A program made the translations under genes and the position numbers. A DNA stretch of 30,285 bases, taken from IMG/VR virus record IMGVR_UViG_3300032303_000212, positions 1 through 30,285 of that record. One strand, given 5' to 3'. The stretch comes from a virus (Duplodnaviria > Caudoviricetes). The notes beneath the pieces are model-generated. The model saw only the letters and a program-made list of their open reading frames with translations. It ran no database searches and was not told the DNA's origin. Each line of letters begins with the position of its first letter. Position 1 is the first letter of the stretch. Of the stretch, positions 15,623 to 30,285 are shown piece after piece.

Positions 15623-16885
15623 TTAAATAGTTAATGAACCTGAACTAGTGTAAGCATAATACCTATACCCATTGCTTGTTGTAACTGTTGGGCTACCTGT
15701 AGTTGCTGATGCTGCTGCGTATTCAACAGGATAAGAAATGATTACTATACCACTACCACCTGCTCCCCCATTACCACCTTGGTTAGTTCCGCCATTCCAA
15801 CCAGGCGCTCCACCACCCCCACCACCACCTGTGTTCTGTGTTCCGGGTCCGCCATCGTGGTCGTTTGGATGGGGGGCATTACTGTCGCCGTCTCCATTTG
15901 GTGAATTGCCTCCACCACCCCTGCCGCCAAAGTTGGGGCCGTTGCCAGCTGCTCCCCACCACTGCCCACCGGCGCCACCTCCTCCAAAATATCCTTTAGT
16001 AGCGGTTGAAGGTATCACCGTATACGTTAATCCGGTTAACGTACCGGGTGAAGTTGTGATTGGAGATCCACCGAGTGTAGCTGATAGTTGAAATTGAGTT
16101 ATACCGTTAGTTGAAGCATCATATCCACCGGATTCAGTATTGTAATAGTTATTGCTAACTATATAATATGTTGTTGGATTTGTATAACCAGTGATAGAAC
16201 CGGTACCGCTCTTTGTACCTGATATAGTTACAGCCATTCCAACAGTGAATACTATTGGACTATAGTCACAATTAAACATTCCAACAGTTTGAGGATCTGG
16301 TGCGGCCGGACCTATATATTGTGATACATTACTAAGTGTAAATGCTGAATAATTATTAGCGGTAGTTCCATACATATTAAATGCTGAAACTAATGTTCCC
16401 CATCCGCCACCGGTAGGATATGTGGGACTGTTGTAGTTAAATCCAACGGTTGCATCCCCGCCGCCTGAACTACCATATCCTTGGCCATTATATCCATATC
16501 CCCCCATATTTCCAGATCCAGATGTGCCTCCCCATGGGTTACTTGCGATGGAGGAACCATTGGTGCCGTACTGTCCTGGGAGCGCACTAATAGTGCCACT
16601 TATTGCAATTGAAGAATTTGTTCCTAATGTACCGGGTGTTGAGGTAGCGTATATGCCTGCGGTTCCACCTGCCCCAACAGTGACAGTAATACTAGTACCT
16701 TGGTATATTCCAGAAAGAGTTGTGTTTAAAACTTGACCGCCGCCCCCGCCCCCTCCACCACCAAATCCCTGATCACCGGCACCGCCGCCTCCACCACCAC
16801 CGACTATTAAATAGTTAATTGAACTTGTTGGTGGCGGTGGAGTCAAACTAAATCCACCACTTAATGTCATTCCTTCTAAAAGCAT
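15623..16885 (-). CDS. Glycine-rich domain protein (paralog B) with ~110-aa inserted domain
   Basis: Collinear with paralog A at both ends; extra block between MYGT and KGYFGGGG. Confidence 0.85.
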   Translation of the reverse strand: MLLEGMTLSGGFSLTPPPPTSSINYLIVGGGGGGGAGDQGFGGGGGGGGGQVLNTTLSGIYQGTSITVTVGAGGTAGIYATSTPGTLGTNSSIAISGTISALPGQYGTNGSSIASNPWGGTSGSGNMGGYGYNGQGYGSSGGGDATVGFNYNSPTYPTGGGWGTLVSAFNMYGTTANNYSAFTLSNVSQYIGPAAPDPQTVGMFNCDYSPIVFTVGMAVTISGTKSGTGSITGYTNPTTYYIVSNNYYNTESGGYDASTNGITQFQLSATLGGSPITTSPGTLTGLTYTVIPSTATKGYFGGGGAGGQWWGAAGNGPNFGGRGGGGNSPNGDGDSNAPHPNDHDGGPGTQNTGGGGGGGAPGWNGGTNQGGNGGAGGSGIVIISYPVEYAAASATTGSPTVTTSNGYRYYAYTSSGSLTI

Positions 16886-16886
16886 T

Positions 16887-17216
16887 TTAATTAGGCCAAG
16901 GCAACGGTAATACTACGATAGGTGGATTAACCTGTACTTCAATCTCAGCAGCAATATTTTCTTGTACTTGTGCTTGATCTACTCCACCTGAACCCCATAT
17001 CCAATCTAACACTTGTTCTTCAGTTAGTTGATCATAGGGTGTAAAGTTTGGATCAGGAGAATAGAACACAAGGCTTGTTAGGCCAGGTGTGCTTGCAGAA
17101 TAAGTACCGTCTGTACCAAAGCAAGACCAAGCTACTTGTATAACTACATCCGTGTAATCATCTAGTTGCTTTTGAGCAAACATATTTTGTATTGTCCATG
17201 TGTATGATATTGACAT
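16887..17216 (-). CDS. Hypothetical acidic protein, possible fibre assembly chaperone
   Basis: 109 aa, FTPYDQLTEEQVLDWI and LPLPW motifs; directly follows the giant fibre gene; AAGGAAA RBS. Confidence 0.7.
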   Translation of the reverse strand: MSISYTWTIQNMFAQKQLDDYTDVVIQVAWSCFGTDGTYSASTPGLTSLVFYSPDPNFTPYDQLTEEQVLDWIWGSGGVDQAQVQENIAAEIEVQVNPPIVVLPLPWPN

Positions 17217-17237
17217 TTTATTTTCCTTTTAAATTAT

Positions 17238-27077
<9,840 letters not shown>

Positions 27078-27105
27078 TTAGTATTTGTACTTTATATTAT
27101 ATTTA

Positions 27106-30100
27106 TCAACTTAGAATTACCGGTATTGAAATATTCCCTGCTCTACCCACTACTGTTATAGAACCTGTCTTAAAACTCATTGTTCCAGAACCATTTGTAC
27201 TTAATAGTTGATTTGCTGACCCACCTGAAACATGTAAATTAGCGACTGCAACATTTAAGCTAGTTGTTTGTATTGCTGTTGTTTGCCAAGTACTACCATC
27301 ATATAAGATAGTACCTGCATAAATGCTACTAGAAAATGGTACTGCTTGTAATACAACAGTTACTGAATTATTATTGGTAATTGCTAATGCATAGGTAGAA
27401 TTATCAACTATTATGCCATTTTGTAACGTCAATAAACTAGTAGCTGTACCTGTAATCGCACTAGTGTTAGCGCCACCGAATGGGTTGGCTGAAGCAGTAG
27501 CGGTTAGCGGACCAGTTGGGACGGTAAACGCACCGGTGTATACTGCTACACCTTTGACTATACGGAAATTACTAATATAACCAGTAAACCATTGTGTTGC
27601 GCCGGCAGAGGAACCAATATATAATGCAGCTCCAGAGGTAGCAGGTGCATTACTATTAGTTGCTGTTGCCGCTGATACACCATCTATCCAAAATGTATAT
27701 GTATTTGTACTTCTTGTAATTGCAAAATGGTGCCACGCATTTAAACTAGCAGTTCCACTTAATGTGAAATAATTACCACCTCCATCACCTATTTCAACTG
27801 TCCAAGTTGTACCTTGGTGATATAACATAAAAATGTAATTACCATAGTTAAAAACTTGATCAACCCCATTTGTTGTTGCAGTAGCATATGCCCACGCTTC
27901 AACTGTAAAATTAGCTGTTAAATTTAATACTGCATTTGCAGCAACGCTTAAATATTGACTAGTACCATTAAAGCTACCAACATATCCCTGCCCTGCTACT
28001 GTTACCCCGCCCACTAGACCAGTATTGTTTGTTGGGGTGTATAGATTGCCATTAGTTAGTGTTAGTGTGTTAGTTGTATTGTTGAATGTTAAGTTAGCAC
28101 TAGCACCTGCATTACCTGCGTTATTAAAGATAACTTGCGTATTTGAACCTGCGACAGGCCCAGTTGCACCTGTACTGCCTATTGTGCCAGTAGCACCTGT
28201 TGCTCCGTTTGTTCCTGCTGTACCAGTAGCACCTGTAGCACCATTTACACCTGCTGTACCAGTAGCACCTGTAGCACCATTACTACCTGCTGTGCCGGTC
28301 GCACCTGTAGCGCCGTTCGTTCCTGCCGTACCAGTAGCACCTGTTGCTCCGTTTGTTCCTGCAGTGCCAGTTGCTCCAGTTGCTCCTATTCCAGTAGCAC
28401 CTGTAGCACCGCTTGATGGGGCAATCCAGCTTAAGGTGTTTGCTCCGTTTGTACTTAATACATAACCACTACTGCCACCTGACACATGTAAATTGCCTAC
28501 TGCTACATTCAATCCAGTTGTTTGTATTGCTGTTGTTTGCCAAGTACTACCGTCATATAAAATAGTACCTTGGGCAGCACTAGCAAACGGTGGAGGCGAA
28601 CTTTGAGACATAGTTACGCCGTTAGGAGTAATTGTTAATCCATATGAAGAATTATCAATTAATGTACTATTTTGTAACGTTAATATTTTAGTTACTGTTC
28701 CGGTAATAGCCGCGGTATTACTACCACCGAATGGGTTTGCTGATTGAGTAGCAGTTAATGTTCCAGTTGGGGCGGTAAAGTTACCTGTATATACTGCTGT
28801 GCCATTAACTATTCTTAAATTAGTTATGCTACCTACTGTTGAGTATGAAGCCCCAATTCCGTTATCTTTTGACCCAATCAATGCGCTAGTTGTACCTGGA
28901 CTTATGGCAAACGTACCAAACGATGGACGGGCGGTATCAAGAACACCATTTATATAATAATTTAACGCACTTCCTGATCTTACAACAGCAATATGTGACC
29001 AGGTGTTTAACGGAACAGTACCTGTTCCTAGATTATAACTTCCAGTATAAAAGTTTATTTTACCATTTTCAATTGAAAAAATCCAAGATGCCGGGGTGCC
29101 ACCACTAACCCTAGCATCAAATATACCCCAAGCGCCGGATGAACGATAAGTGGGATATACAAATGCTTCAAGTGTAAAGTCACCAGTTAAATTAAATGCT
29201 GATGTACTACTAACTGATGGGTATGAAGAACCATCAAAATAACCAACATAGGGTGCGCCACTGATACCGCCCACTATACCTGTATTAGTAGTTGGGGTGT
29301 ATAGATTACCAGCTGTTAATAAATTACCACCGGTGATATTGCCAGTGACACTGGCATTACCGGATACTGTTAACTCAGTTGTTTCTAATGCTGTTGCTTG
29401 CCAAGTACTGCCGTCATATAATATAGTACCGGCATAAAGTCCACTACCAAACGGTACAGATTCAAGTCCAGTAGTTACTGTACCTGTATTTGTAATTGAT
29501 ACTGCATAGGTTGAATTATCAACTATTGTTGAGTTTTGTAATGTCAACAAACTTACTTCAGCACCAGTAATAGCAGCACTTGGATTACCATTTGTATTTG
29601 CTAATTGAGTAACAGTAAGTACTGCGGTTGGTGGACTGAAGCTAGTAGAGTATACAATTTTGTTAGTTACTCTAAAGTTTGTTATTTTACCATTAAAGTA
29701 TCCACCTTGGCCGTAGTTTATACTACCAATAACAAAGTCACTAGCGGTTGCATTGGGTGAGGCTGTGGCAGCACCGGCTAAGACACCGTCAATATAAACT
29801 TTGATTTGACCGCTACCGTTCATTGTAGCTGCAAAATGTTGCCAAACTCCTGCTGTTAGTGTGAATGAAACTAACCCATTATCCCCGCCTATTCCCACTT
29901 GATTTATATCGTATTGTCTTATGTTGCTTTGAGCAGGTGCCGCATCAAACAACCCAACAACGGATGTAGTTGTTGGTTTTATCCAGCATTCAATTGTTAT
30001 ATTTCCCAATGGTGCTGTTAAACCAGCAGTTAAATATTGACTACTGCCATTAAATGTGCCAACATATGCTTGTCCTGCAACAGTTGACCCACCAACTAGT

Positions 30101-30285
30101 CCAGTATTGTTGGTTGGTGTATATAAATTACCATTTGTTAATCTTAACGCATTTGTTGATTTGTTAAAAGTTAGATTAGCACTAGCACCTGCAGCCCCTG
30201 CATCATTGAAGATAACTTGTGTGTTAGATCCAGCTACTGGACCAGTTGCACCGGTAGAACCATTATATCCAGTAGCACCAGTTGC
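27106..30285 (-). CDS. Second mosaic collagen/LamG fibre protein, 5'-truncated by the window
   Basis: Frame stays open from the track's TTG at 30009 to the window end ([28 protein letters not shown]...); three LamG-like domains visible. Confidence 0.9.
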   Translation of the reverse strand, partial: ATGATGYNGSTGATGPVAGSNTQVIFNDAGAAGASANLTFNKSTNALRLTNGNLYTPTNNTGLVGGSTVAGQAYVGTFNGSSQYLTAGLTAPLGNITIECWIKPTTTSVVGLFDAAPAQSNIRQYDINQVGIGGDNGLVSFTLTAGVWQHFAATMNGSGQIKVYIDGVLAGAATASPNATASDFVIGSINYGQGGYFNGKITNFRVTNKIVYSTSFSPPTAVLTVTQLANTNGNPSAAITGAEVSLLTLQNSTIVDNSTYAVSITNTGTVTTGLESVPFGSGLYAGTILYDGSTWQATALETTELTVSGNASVTGNITGGNLLTAGNLYTPTTNTGIVGGISGAPYVGYFDGSSYPSVSSTSAFNLTGDFTLEAFVYPTYRSSGAWGIFDARVSGGTPASWIFSIENGKINFYTGSYNLGTGTVPLNTWSHIAVVRSGSALNYYINGVLDTARPSFGTFAISPGTTSALIGSKDNGIGASYSTVGSITNLRIVNGTAVYTGNFTAPTGTLTATQSANPFGGSNTAAITGTVTKILTLQNSTLIDNSSYGLTITPNGVTMSQSSPPPFASAAQGTILYDGSTWQTTAIQTTGLNVAVGNLHVSGGSSGYVLSTNGANTLSWIAPSSGATGATGIGATGATGTAGTNGATGATGTAGTNGATGATGTAGSNGATGATGTAGVNGATGATGTAGTNGATGATGTIGSTGATGPVAGSNTQVIFNNAGNAGASANLTFNNTTNTLTLTNGNLYTPTNNTGLVGGVTVAGQGYVGSFNGTSQYLSVAANAVLNLTANFTVEAWAYATATTNGVDQVFNYGNYIFMLYHQGTTWTVEIGDGGGNYFTLSGTASLNAWHHFAITRSTNTYTFWIDGVSAATATNSNAPATSGAALYIGSSAGATQWFTGYISNFRIVKGVAVYTGAFTVPTGPLTATASANPFGGANTSAITGTATSLLTLQNGIIVDNSTYALAITNNNSVTVVLQAVPFSSSIYAGTILYDGSTWQTTAIQTTSLNVAVANLHVSGGSANQLLSTNGSGTMSFKTGSITVVGRAGNISIPVILS

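Noticed and set aside
14673-16885. Diversity-generating retroelement template/variable repeat pair
   Set aside because: Both copies are coding, differences are not confined to adenines, and no reverse transcriptase is in the window.
30007-30009. TTG start of the last fibre gene given by the ORF track
   Set aside because: It falls inside a LamG domain and the frame is open to the window end.

Overview
AT-rich segment of a large lytic tailed phage (T4-like/myovirus-type gene content; IscU, NrdAB and a CTGT-N8-ACAG box point to a proteobacterial host, by inference). All supported genes lie on the minus strand. In transcription order (right to left): two giant mosaic fibre/adhesin proteins built from Gly-Ala-Thr collagen-like repeats, LamG-like lectin domains and Gly-rich domains (the first is cut by the window edge); small fibre-associated genes; a free-standing GIY-YIG-type homing endonuclease; nrdA-nrdB-glutaredoxin; a PAAR spike, two long in-frame hypothetical ORFs and a SleB-family cell wall hydrolase; an iron/redox cluster (IscU, 2OG-Fe oxygenase, rubrerythrin, rubredoxin); and the start of a tRNA array (Gln, Asn, Arg, Thr) interleaved with several unexplained structured RNAs and a methyltransferase. 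The most striking element is at 1597-1894: a 44-codon ORF using 37 different sense codons, whose 3' end forms an antiterminator that competes with an intrinsic terminator directly upstream of the tRNA array. This looks like a leader-peptide attenuator that senses loss of almost any host tRNA and switches on phage tRNAs. All calls are by eye; no database searches or folding programs were run.
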